Below, piece after piece: positions 31,301-43,792 of a stretch of 64,000 bases of DNA. The notes below the pieces were generated by a model. The model did no database searches. It saw nothing but the letters and a program-made list of their open reading frames with translations, and had not been told where the DNA came from. How positions within the stretch are numbered: the first letter of the stretch is position 1; each line of letters starts with the position of its first letter. Made by a program: the position numbers and the translations under genes. The DNA comes from Eledone cirrhosa (taxonomy: Eukaryota), in the NCBI GenBank assembly GCA_964016885.1, contig OZ024754.1, positions 40,238,001 to 40,302,000 of the forward strand, read 5' to 3'.

Positions 31301-34300
31301 CTAATACAAAAATTACGAAGTATATTATATTACAGTAATTGATCAATGACAAGATGCTTTGCCAAAAGCATCTGCCAGCCCAAAGCCTTGAAAAGCAAAT
31401 CCCAAGCAAAACGGGTAGCATTGAGGCCCAAAAAGCCTATTCCTTCCAACCAATCATGCAGCAGAAAACTGGTTCGTTAAACTCAGAAACAACCTAATAA
31501 TTCTTTCTTTTTTTTTTTTCATCAAATGATTTGAAAGAAAGAATATTGAAAAGCTAATAGCATGTTAGAAGAAATACTTAACATCTATGCTAGTGGCAGA
31601 ATACGAGGAGAGAGAATGCTGTGCCAAGTTGAATTAAGTGCAGTTAAATTATTTCAATATTTCAAAAAACTTGATACACAAGTGCATTAAAGCAATAACT
31701 TAATACAATTTCAAAGCTTTTCTTGCAAAATGTATAGTTAGTTTAGTGAAGAGATGAATATGTTGAACTTTTGGGGCTGAGAGTGGAGGGCTGTGTTGTT
31801 TATAAAAGATATCAACAGTGATAAGGTGAAAAAATTATGAGGATTAGAAAAAAAATCCTTATAAGCAAGGTTTGATTTGGTGAACTTTTAGAAAGAAAAA
31901 AACCCCCACCACTTTATGGATCTTCAGTGAACCCTAAGAATGTCAGCTGAACATCTCATTTCTGTGGTTAAGACAAGAGGTTCTGTTTCTTTTGTTACTA
32001 GTAGTAACTTCTGGCAGAATGGGTCAAGATTTGAATTCAGAATACACAGCACCAGTTACCGCAGAGTATCCTCTTCAACTCTGACAATTCCACGGCCCCC
32101 AGAGTGGTACTTTACCAACCTTGAAAGGGTGAAAGACAACAAGATGTCGATTCGAACTAAAATAAGTCACCAATTTGTAAACAAAACGTGAAGTAATATT
32201 TATTAAATCTTACACTTAATTGAAAAAACTGAAACTAATAGAACCAGATCTTTCTGAGTTCAGAATGTCAAGAATCTATTTACTCAAAATAACTATTTGG
32301 AATATTTTCAACAAAATTCACCATATTGACCCCAAAAGGAAGAAAGGCAAAGTTAACTCCAATGGAGTTGCAGAAAACTGGAACAAATACAGCGGCATTT
32401 TCATCTGATTAAAAACTTTACCAATTTCTTGCCTAGTTTTCACCAGAAAACAAGAACTAAAGAGTAATTTATCAAACAAATGAAGACATACTTTGTCTAG
32501 AAACATCTTATATATTTGTTTTAGTAATAGAAAATATAACTAAAAGAAATATTGTATGACAAGACTTTATTTAGTTTAGAATTAAGGACAAAGTATTCTT
32601 GGATGTCATAAAAGGGTACCTAAGATGTCTATGAATCCTGTCATGGGGCCTGTAGAATTAAACCTTGCTTTAGCAGGAAAATTTAGCTTAAAACACTCGT
32701 GTTTATTTAAACATAATAAATTATATGTTCTAATCTAAAGAAGGGTATTCAATTCTAGAGGAATCTAACCCAGATGTGTGAACATGAGTGGTAACAATCT
32801 AGAATGATTATCAGCAGGTTTTAGTAGAACAAAAATCAAATGCACACAAATTCTACATTCTAAGACAACAAATAACACAAACAAGAATCTGTCAGACATT
32901 AAATATAGTGACTGTAACTGTAGAAACCAATATTGTAAACACTGAAGATACATTAGACATTACCAGTTTTCTTTTTTTTTATTAAAAATTAAAATAATTA
33001 TTTATTGAATTTTATGGAAGATTCAGATATGATCTTTCAATTATTAAATATATTTATGACAGATTCCATTCACCCTCCCAAGATGACAGATTACTCAGAT
33101 TTTATAAAATTATTAATTATAAAAGTCTTTTGAGATTGGTGATTTCTGCAGAATTACTTTACTGTTATATCATTATAGATGACAATTATTTACATAATTA
33201 AATTTATAATGTAATCAATTACGTTACGATAAATTAAAACTTAAAATTACGACAAAAAATAATGAATTGATAAAAAAAACATGACTGAATAACATCATGC
33301 AAATATGCAAATATACAATGAAGACACGAAACTATTACAACTCTTGGAGAAGATACAACAAACAGTTTTCTTCTGAAGAATATCATGTTCACTTAATTCT
33401 ATAGAGGGGTTGAAAATGACAAGCTATGGTGGGACAAGTGAAGATTATATAACATCTCAAACGAAACGACAACGAATTAAGAGTGAAAACAAAAGGTCTA
33501 ATGATTTTAGAACCAGATAAGGTGTGTAAACATGACATGGCCTTACCCCAGCCTGATTAAGTACTAACTTGGTCTGTAACAACCCATCCAACCCACCCCA
33601 GAAGAACGGACATATGATGATTGCTAAGGGAAAAAAGTATCCCAGCTGAGATGACAAGGTTAAGATGATGAACTGAAATAAGAAATACCTTTCACACTTT
33701 ATGAATTTGAAGAAAATGGAAAAAAAGTAGTGAGTGATGTTAAGTTATGTAGTTTTACTGTATATTTGCAATACAGTATTCAGTTTTAGTATACACCTGC
33801 AATACCATATTACAGTATATAGCATTGAATGATAAGTTATGCAGTTTATATCAGCATTACAGTGTACAACACTGTATGATGTTAAACTATGCAGCTTAGG
33901 AATGTATCTGAAAATATTTGGTAGAGTTTATCAACCCAAGGAAAATAAAAGCTATTCAATTTATTTCATCAAACATCTCAAAAGATCTGTTGTATGACAA
34001 TTTATGCAAGACTAAATCAAAATATTCAAAATTGAAATTTCATTCTAAATTTAGCTTTTTAAAAAAAAAAACATTTTAAAGCACTGAAAACGAAAATATT
34101 CAAAACTCTTGATATTTAACTTCGAACCCAATTTTCTTTAGAAAGAGGTAACTTTCTTCTCAAATAGACATTTTGTTCAAAATTTCATTCTAACTCTTAA
34201 CATAGTTCTTGATAATGTTTATTTAGTAACATTTTTAATCTGAAATGATGCCAAGTGCTTATAACAATCAAATTACACATTGGTCACAAGTTAAAAATCA

Positions 34301-37300
34301 AATTCTAATCCAGAAGAATTTACTGAAGTCTTCAGGGGACTTTATATTATACTGAAAAATATTTTCTTCCATATCAAATTCCGTTGCCTGTGCACACAAT
34401 ATCAATATACTATTTTATATAGCATGCATTCAAGGAAACAATTTTTCTATTGGTCTTTCCATTGATGATACTACCAATCATATCTCCTGGCAGGAATTGA
34501 ACTCAAAACCCAGAGTTAAATCAGATACAACAAAGCATCTTTTAACAATGCCACCAATCCACCATATTTTATCAACTCTGCAATCATAGAAGGCAAAGTT
34601 AACTGTGGCAAGATTTAAACTCAGAGCCCAGTAAGCCCTAACAAATACTGAGGCATTTCATCTGAAGCCCTAATGGTTCAGCAAATTCTATTGCCTGTCA
34701 ATGAATACTTTTCTATAAACAAATATGAATCATAAATTTCTGTAAACCCTAACATATTCCACAAGAAATAGAAACAGTGTTCTTTAGTTTCTTGGATAAT
34801 ACAAGACTACTCTATTTTAGTAGGTAAATCAATGTCCTTTAAAAGATATAAACATTGTATACATATGTTTTTATTTAACAGAAAAGTAGATTTTCTACTT
34901 AGTATAGAACTGATTAATATGTTGGTAGTTAAAAAGTAACAGATAAAAAACATTAAAATAATAATTAAAATTGTATTTATAACATTTTAAAAATGTTATT
35001 TGAAAATGAAGATTTTAAAACTATGAAACTGGAATATTAAAATATCAGAAAGGCACTGCCCTTTTGATTTGGTGAAGTTTTAAAAAATATAAGCAAAATG
35101 AAAGCATTAAAGAAAAATATGAATGTGAAAAGATTACTGCAATATTTGAAATATGCGAAAATGAGAGAAAAAAAATTGAATGATAGCTTTGGCAGATGAA
35201 TAATAGGCAAATTGTATTTTAGAAGGGACAGGGGCTTCCAATATAATTATGGCGCAGAGCAAAATACTGGAATTATAATGATTTAAAATAAAATTTTTAA
35301 TCTTTAAAATTAAACAAAAATTTACTTAAAATTGATGATTAGATTAATACTTTGAAAGGTTAATTATATAAAAATTAATTCCATGGTTTATTTCACAATA
35401 GTGTGAAATTTAATTAACTATATTAATATTACTATGAAAATTTATAAACAAAATTTTTTAAATTTTTAGTAAAAAATGGTAAGCTAAGTATGATGGTCTT
35501 TATTGTTGTAAATGCACCTACTATTCTCAGAGTCGGCCCTTTGGGGGAGTGACCGGGACTTTGAGTGGACGACCTCCTCTGTAGCTTGCTGTAATGACGG
35601 TTCGGTTAAAACAGCGCCTTGATTGACAAAACAACAACAGAAGATTGACGCATGCAAGAAAGGTGGATGTTACATGCAAAACTTGACGGTTCACTTAGAG
35701 AGAGAAAAATAAAGAAATTTGATCAAATAACAAAGAAAAGAAATAAACAGACGTAAGCAACAAGGAATTAATATTCCTAAACCTTTGAGTGTTGAAGATC
35801 TGGTAAGTTGTCACAGCTCAAGATATCTTGGTTATATTTTAAAGCAACATTACAGAAAATAGAAATGGTAAAATAAATAAAAAATGAAAAGGAAGAGATA
35901 TAGTTGGAGATTATGTAATAAGATGGAGAGGACCAGGAATGAAGTAAAATAGGGAGAGTTTAGAGCAGATATGCTATATATTTATCCACATTATGGATAT
36001 ATAATATATACAGCCACACACAAGGTTTAAAAAGCTAAGGGAGGTGAGTGACAAGAAAAGATATCTGAATATCAAGTGTTTTCTGTTAGAATGTAATGTA
36101 CAGTTCCGTAACAATATAACAGTAGGGAAAGAAAACTGTTTGTTTCCAATATGGATTCATGAAATGAAGAGATATTCATTTAGAGATATTCCTCTTTGGT
36201 TAGTGTCAAAGTTTGTGGCCCAATGGTTAGAGTATTGGGCTCACAATAGCAATGTCTTCAGTTCAATTTCTGAAACAAGCAGCATGTGTTCTTGAGCAAA
36301 ACACTTCACTTCTCAATAAGTATGAGCAGCAGTAGCAGGAGAAGTTAGATGTGGAATGAACTGGCAACCTGTCCAGGGAAGAATCTTACACTCAGCGGCT
36401 TGCCACCAAAGAAACTTGGATAGGCTCTCACCTAATGAGCCTCTTTGGCTGCTGCTATGAAAAATTGCAGTAATATTTTCCCATAACTTGCTTTAATACA
36501 ATTTATAAATGATAAATGTATATTTTTAAGCAATATGCTTGATATAAGCCACAAAAGTTAGTCAGCATTTTAGACTATAGATGAAATGCTGCTGCCTAAC
36601 TTGGGAGAATTGGTTTAAAATATCCAAGAGTTGATCAGTTAAATACAATTATTACACAACTGATACTAAAACAGTCTTGATGCCATAAAGAACAGGGATA
36701 CATAAAGCAGATTAGGAACATAAAATACACAAAAAAGTGAATATTAATATGGTTTATCACGATGCAAATGTTAAGAACGCATTTCTACCTTTTTTAATAT
36801 TGTTAAAAATGGATAAGAAAGCATGTAAATCCACACCAACAGACAAAGCTAGTCACCTTTTGAGAATGGTCTCAATGTATCTTTGGCAGCTGCTGGTGTG
36901 GTACGGGTCACAGTTTGACCTGTTGTAAGTAACAATAATTATTTAGTGTATATCATTACACTAAAGTGGAGTGGCTTCAGAACTATATCTGCCATCCATA
37001 ATAACTACCTTTTGAACAGATTAAATTATTTATTCATAAAAGACATAGTAAATTATGTGCCACTCTAACTGGGCAAAATTTCCATATTTTGCATCTACTA
37101 AAAAGAAGAGTAGTGCAGTTGGGATTGAAAATAGACTAATAAAATATAATTTCAATATGGCCTCCTACACCATAACTTCAGTTACTGCTGCATTTGATGG
37201 GTCTATGAAGCATTTAGTTACAAATTTCTCTGTGAATTGTGAGAGAAGTAGTTTTTGATAATGGTCGCAAGGACTGAAACTAAAGCAATTCATCTTTTCC

Positions 37301-40300
37301 AACCCATGTTTATATACATCAATGTGTGGCTTTATACACACATTGATGTAGTTGTAGTTAAATCCTACACTGTTAAGTGTACAGATATCAATTTATAATA
37401 GACTTCAACTGTTTCTTGCACAATCTAATATAACATTGCTATCTGACTTTTCATTTTGAGAAATTAATTAACAGCTTTATTCTTGAATTATTTTCAATCT
37501 GAATTCTTTATATTTGTATTGACAACAATTATTTACACTAGCCAATCTGTATAAGAAAAACATAACCTCAGACAATATTAAGAGGCTCGTGTTAAATATC
37601 TTTATGACTAAAATAGACAAAACAACACTGCTTTTACTGACTGTCTATTTTTATAGACAGACTTGTAAACCTAACTATATCTCCAGATGACTGAAGGATA
37701 TTAACAATACAGATTCTGCACTGCAAATATTTCTTTACATAGGAAGATTTAAGGATCAACATCAACAGGAGACATCTGAGAGAGAGAACATGCAAGAAAG
37801 ACATATAAGGCAACTGAATACAGCTAGGAAATAATTGGTTTGCCATTTGGAAAATTTATACAGTATGAAGCCGCAAATAAAATAAATGGCACAAATTATA
37901 TTTTCAAATAAAATGCCAACTTCAAAGAAAAATTAAAATCTAAAATATAATAAATTATATTAAGCAAGGAATATGTTTAGAAAAATGTAATTTTTTTAAA
38001 GTTCATTATATTAAAGACCTATACTTAGGAAAGTCGGTATAAAAATTGTTACTATTTTAAGTGGAAAGGTAATAGATTTCCACTAACAGGGGAAAATGTT
38101 TGCTAGAAGAAAAGTGGATTTTATAAGTATTTCTTATTTTAATTTCATTTCTAACAACTTCTTGACAGTGATATACGTTATTCAATCTGTAGTCATATTT
38201 TTCAGGAGGATGTCAGGTTAATGCCTTCAGTTTTTCAGTAGAAACAGATACAATTTTTCAAATTTATTTTTCCTCTGACAACCTCTAAGAATCTATTCGA
38301 CAGAAATGTTACATTGTCTCCAAGAAAATTAGATAACCATTTAAAGTGTTACATTGAAATTAGGTGGGTGTGTCCAACATAGAAGAATAGTTGGCCTGTG
38401 TTTGACTCAGTGCCACTGTCTCACTATTAGGAATCTGTAGAGATAGTATAGACTGCTAGTAGAGCCGTAAGATGGTATAGGCTACTACTATACAGCCTTA
38501 AGCAGACTCCACAACTGAGAACTATGTAAATCAAAATAATTTAAAAAACCAACAGGAGTCCCAATGGAAGTTAGCTGAAATGCTGCAAAGTTGAAAATAC
38601 TCATTATTCACATGAAGACTGCTGTCATATAAAATATAGAGAGAGAGAAGATTGTCATATAAAATATAGTGAGAGAGAAGATTGTCATATAAAATATAGA
38701 GAGAGTAAGGTATATAAAATACTTCACAGTTGATTCTCTTCTTACCTGATTCATCAGTTACATCTTTATCTCCATTGGTCATAGCAGCTGCTCCTTGATC
38801 GTCAGATGTTGCTTCACCATCTTCTGGTTCAGTTGATACAATTTCTTCTGGTTCAGGCTCAGGCCTGTGAAAGGAACATAGTAACTAAATTACAATTTAC
38901 TCACTATATGTCTAGATTTCCATTCTGTAAGAAGCATTCATTAAATAGTGTATATATTATTTGTGTTTCATTCTTTATAGAAAAGCAATAATGATGATAT
39001 TCTTTGGTGATAATAAAAAAGTATAATCTTTATAAAAAAAATCCCCAAAATTATTCAGTAGGCACTAACACAAGAAAATATTCAAAGATATAACAATTTC
39101 CCTTTTCTGCTTAGAAGCTAGTTTCACTAATTTCTCACAATACTCTCTTTAATCTCCAGATTCCTTATGTTACCAAAAACTTCCTTTGATGTAATCTGAG
39201 TTTTGAAAGTTTATAAAAATAACATAAGGCAAGTAAGTATTGTTGTGTCTGTTAATTTATCAAAACTTGGTCCATCAAACAACTTTCCATTTACACACCC
39301 AGCAACAAGTGATATTCAATTAAAGGTGGTTTAACAGACTAATTAATATTAGAAAATTACTTTTGTCATAACTTTATCCCCACCATCATGTTTTCCTTAT
39401 ATACATGACTGGTTCTCATGGTTAAAAGCTACTGTCTCTCTAGATGAGTGAGAAGACTGTTACATGTTTGACAGTTTCTACAGAGAGATTACAGGATATA
39501 TAAAGACTCCCTTCAGTCACAAAGAGAGATTACAGGATATGAGAGCTTTCCTATCAGAATGTCTGGTCACTCCCAATAATTTCTACAGAGATTACAGGAT
39601 ATGAGAGCTTTCCTATCAGAATGTCTGGTCACCCCCAATAATTTCTACAGAGATTACAGGATATGAGAACTTTCCTATCACAATGTCTGGTCACCCCCAA
39701 TAATTTCTACAGAGATTACAGGATATGAGAACTTTCCTATCAGAATGTCTGGTCACCCCCAATAATTTCTACAGAGATTACAGGATATGAGAGCTTTCCT
39801 ATCAGAATGTCTGGTCACCCCCAATAATTTCTACAGAGATTACAGGATATGAGAGCTTTCCTATCAGAATGTCTGGTCACCCCCAATAATTTCTACAGAG
39901 ATTACAGGATATGAGAGCTTTCCTATCAGAATGTCTGGTCACTCCCAATAATTTCTACAGAGATTACAGGATATGAGAACTTTCCTATCAGAATGTCTGG
40001 TCACCCCCAATAATTTCTACAGAGATTACAGGATATGAGAGCTTTCCTATCAGAATGTCTGGTCACCCCCAATAATTTCTACAGAGATTACAGGATATGA
40101 GAGCTTTCCTATCAGAATGTCTGGTCACTCCCAATAATTTCTACAGAGATTACAGGATATGAGAGCTTTCCTATCAGAATGTCTGGTCACTCCCAATAAT
40201 TTCTACAGAGATTACAGGATATGAGAACTTTCCTATCACAATGTCTGGTCACCCCCAATAATTTCTACAGAGATTACAGGATATGAGAACTTTCCTATCA

Positions 40301-40917
40301 GAATGTCTGGTCACCCCCAATAATTTCTACAGAGATTACAGGATATGAGAACTTTTCTATCAGAATGTCTGGTCACCCCCAATAATTTCTACAGAGATTA
40401 CAGGATATGAGAACTTTCCTATCACAATGTCTGGTCACCCCCAATAATTTCTACAGAGATTACAGGATATGAGAACTTTCCTATCAGAATGTCTGGTCAC
40501 TCCCAATAATTTCTACAGAGATTACAGGATATGAGAGCTTTCCTATCAGAATGTCTGGTCACTCCCAATAATTTCTACAGAGATTACAGGATATGAGAAC
40601 TTTCCTATCAGAATGTCTGGTCACTCCCAATAATTTCTACAGAGATTACAGGATATGAGAGCTTTCCTATCAGAATGTCTGGTCACTCCCAATAATTTAT
40701 TTTAAAAGATAATAAAACTGTGTTGGATGTCAATACTTACGGCTCTTCTGGAGGTACAAATTCTGCAATATATTTTCGTCTCTTCTCTTCTTTAGATTGT
40801 TCTACCTCTTCAGGATGTTGTTGTCTATATTCCTCCTCTTGTCTTCTTTGAATTTCTTTAAGTTCAAACTGAATTAATACAAGTCAAATTTTTATAAGTT
40901 AAAACTAAATTACATCA

Positions 40918-40957
<40 letters not shown>

Positions 40958-43715
40958 ATAAAGTGTTTCCCAAATATCAACATTTGAAAATCAAATTGAA
41001 ACTATATACACATATGATATTTGTTCTGGTATAGTCATGTGATGCGTAAAGAGAGCAAGATATGTGTAAAAATTAGGTGCTGTACGCTTGAAGTAGACGG
41101 AACCTGTGGTAGAGAGAGACCAAGGAAGACATGGGGATGAACCTGTGGTAGAGAGACCAAGGAAGACATGGGGATGAACCTGTGGTAAAGAGAGACCAAG
41201 GAAGACATGGGGATGAACCTGTGGTAGAGAGAGACCAAGGAAGACATGGGGATGAACCTGTGGTAGAGAGAGACCAAGGAAGACATGGGGATGAAGTTGT
41301 GAAGAACCAAACTGACTAGTGACATGCCATACTACAATGAAAGATGGAGTTCTTTTATTGTACGTGATAACTTCTCCATTGTGGCTACTTTATGGGAGAT
41401 AAACTTGGAATAATTTTAGTAGATCCCTTGTTTCCAGTAAAGATGACAATGTACATGTCATTTGCAGTACAAATTAAGTATTTTTCATCTGTTTCTTTTT
41501 ATTGTGTCTTAACTGGTTGATGTATTTTGAGTTAGAAGAAGAAAAAACCCCACTTACTGTTGTAAGTTTTTCGAGGGCAGCAAATCGTTCTTCTTGAGTT
41601 GCTGCAGATTTTTCAAAGGCCTCGTGTTTCTTAATAAGATTTTCAACTGCATCAAGTGTGTCCTATAAATATAAAAGGAATAACATTTTTTTATAATTAC
41701 AGAAAAAATACATATTTTCAGATCATTGAAAAAGTATTGTAAATTACTGTAACAATTACAGCTGGAATTTCTTAAGAAAAATATCTAAAATACATACACC
41801 AAGATCTTGGTTTTGAAGGTAGGGCTCTTGAGCAATAAGCCAAGATTCAGCAACAGCAGCATCACGAGCAAACTGGTACACTTCCAAAACTACAAGTAAA
41901 AATAATTTTTTTTTTTTTTAAAACCAGAAACCTTTTTTTAAATATTTATAATTTATTAAGTATTACACAAAATATAAAATAGAAATAAAAAGTCTATAAA
42001 CTATTTGTAGACATACTGTTAACATATATTACAATGTTTCTTACTGTTAACCTATAACTATAGGCTTTGATTCAGTCAACTAAGTGTGAGGATCTGACCT
42101 AGTCAGTTTATATTTTAGCTCTACTAAACTATAGATTTTCCTTTTATCACTATTATTTAGAAAAGTCAATTAATCCCGAAAAACTGCTTTCATGCTTTTT
42201 GTTCTTTCATGTAAATGTGGATTCTGCAAAGCTAGAGTCAAGGTAACCCATCTAGGAGAGCAATTATTCTGAATAAAAACTAACGCACTGTAGAAGGGAC
42301 ACTTTAGTTCAGACAGGAAACCTTTCTAATGTTGGTGGCACCCATTTTGTGCTGAGAAGTGGTTGGTGATAGGAAGGGCATCCAACCAGTAAAATTAAGC
42401 CAAACTATGAAAAGTACAGCTAAAATAAAATGTAGAATCAGAATATAGCAAAAGATCATTTAATAATTTGTCTTGGATACTGGATAATAATGGTTTTAAA
42501 TTTAAGCAAATAGCTAGCAATTTTGGAGAAGAGGGTAAGTTGATTAAATTGACCCCAGTACTTAGCTGGTACTTTATCAATCCCAGAAAGATTAAAGGCA
42601 AAGTTGACCTTGGTTATAACTAAATATAGGACTCTACCAATTAACTGCCCTAATGAGATATTTGACATTCTATATTAACATATTTAAATTGTTACTTACT
42701 GAGCTGCAGATATTCCCATCTCTCATCCCATTGCTCATTCATGGAATGCCTTTGAGATGTTAGTTGTATTAATTTTTCTCTCACCTAAGAAAATAGAAAC
42801 AATCAAGAATTAGGGAAAAAAGTTACAAAACTACATTGAAAATATTTTTATGTTCACAGATTTTTACTGAACTAGAATGATTATTTTAATTCTATATTTT
42901 TATATTAACTTTTTCATTTTTTTATATTGGTAAAATGTGAAATGTTTAATTAGAAGTGTTTATGGTGGGCCTTGTTTTCTGAGATGATGTCACTCTAGGA
43001 GTTGAGTTTTAATTTGGTGTTATTTTGGGGAGATATACGAAATGTGTTTATGTTTTCTATATAAATATACAAAATGAAAGGATGGTTCTGTACATAAAAT
43101 TAGAACATTTTTCATAGATTTTTCCCAACTGACTATGCGTGCTACCAGTCCCGCTCTGTCTGATTGGCACTTTGCTCCAGCCATACGTTGTCTCAGTAGT
43201 TCGCAATCATTATATATATATATATAAATAAGGAAAATATCTATGAAAAATGTTCAAATCTTATATACAAAACATTTAGTAAGGAGATAAATACTTAAAA
43301 TAATTGTATAAGACAAGTGAACAAACTAATAAAATACAATACATCTGGTTCAAATGACTACAAGCTCAAAAAGTAAATTATTTCCAATAAGTACTAGAGC
43401 TACTCACTTCACTGGACCGGTAATGTTTGCGAGTTATAAGATCTCTTCCTAAGTTTATACAAATGGCAAAGTTTTCTTCTCGAGCATCAATTTCAGCTTT
43501 CAAACTCTGATGGTTGTTCATTAACAGTTCTACACCAGACACATCTCTGAAACAATACAAATCAATATAAATAAGATCCAGTTTTATAGTTTGGGGGATC
43601 TGGGGGTTAGCTTTCTGACAGATTACTGCCCCCACATAAGGAGGAGTCTAAATCTATTTATGAAATCAGGATAAGCTCCAGGCTTTGTTCAACCTGTGCA
43701 AGCATGGGAAAGTGA

Positions 43716-43758
<43 letters not shown>

Positions 43759-43759
43759 T

Positions 43760-43792
<33 letters not shown>

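Noticed and set aside
32770-32798. 29-nt exon-like segment in the spectrin linker intron
   Set aside because: Not a multiple of 3 and the donor is weak, so it would break the phase-1 frame.
39524-40698. CTGATAG..GAAA in the 62-bp repeat as tandem hammerheads
   Set aside because: The core is not CUGAnGA and there is no stem II between the boxes.
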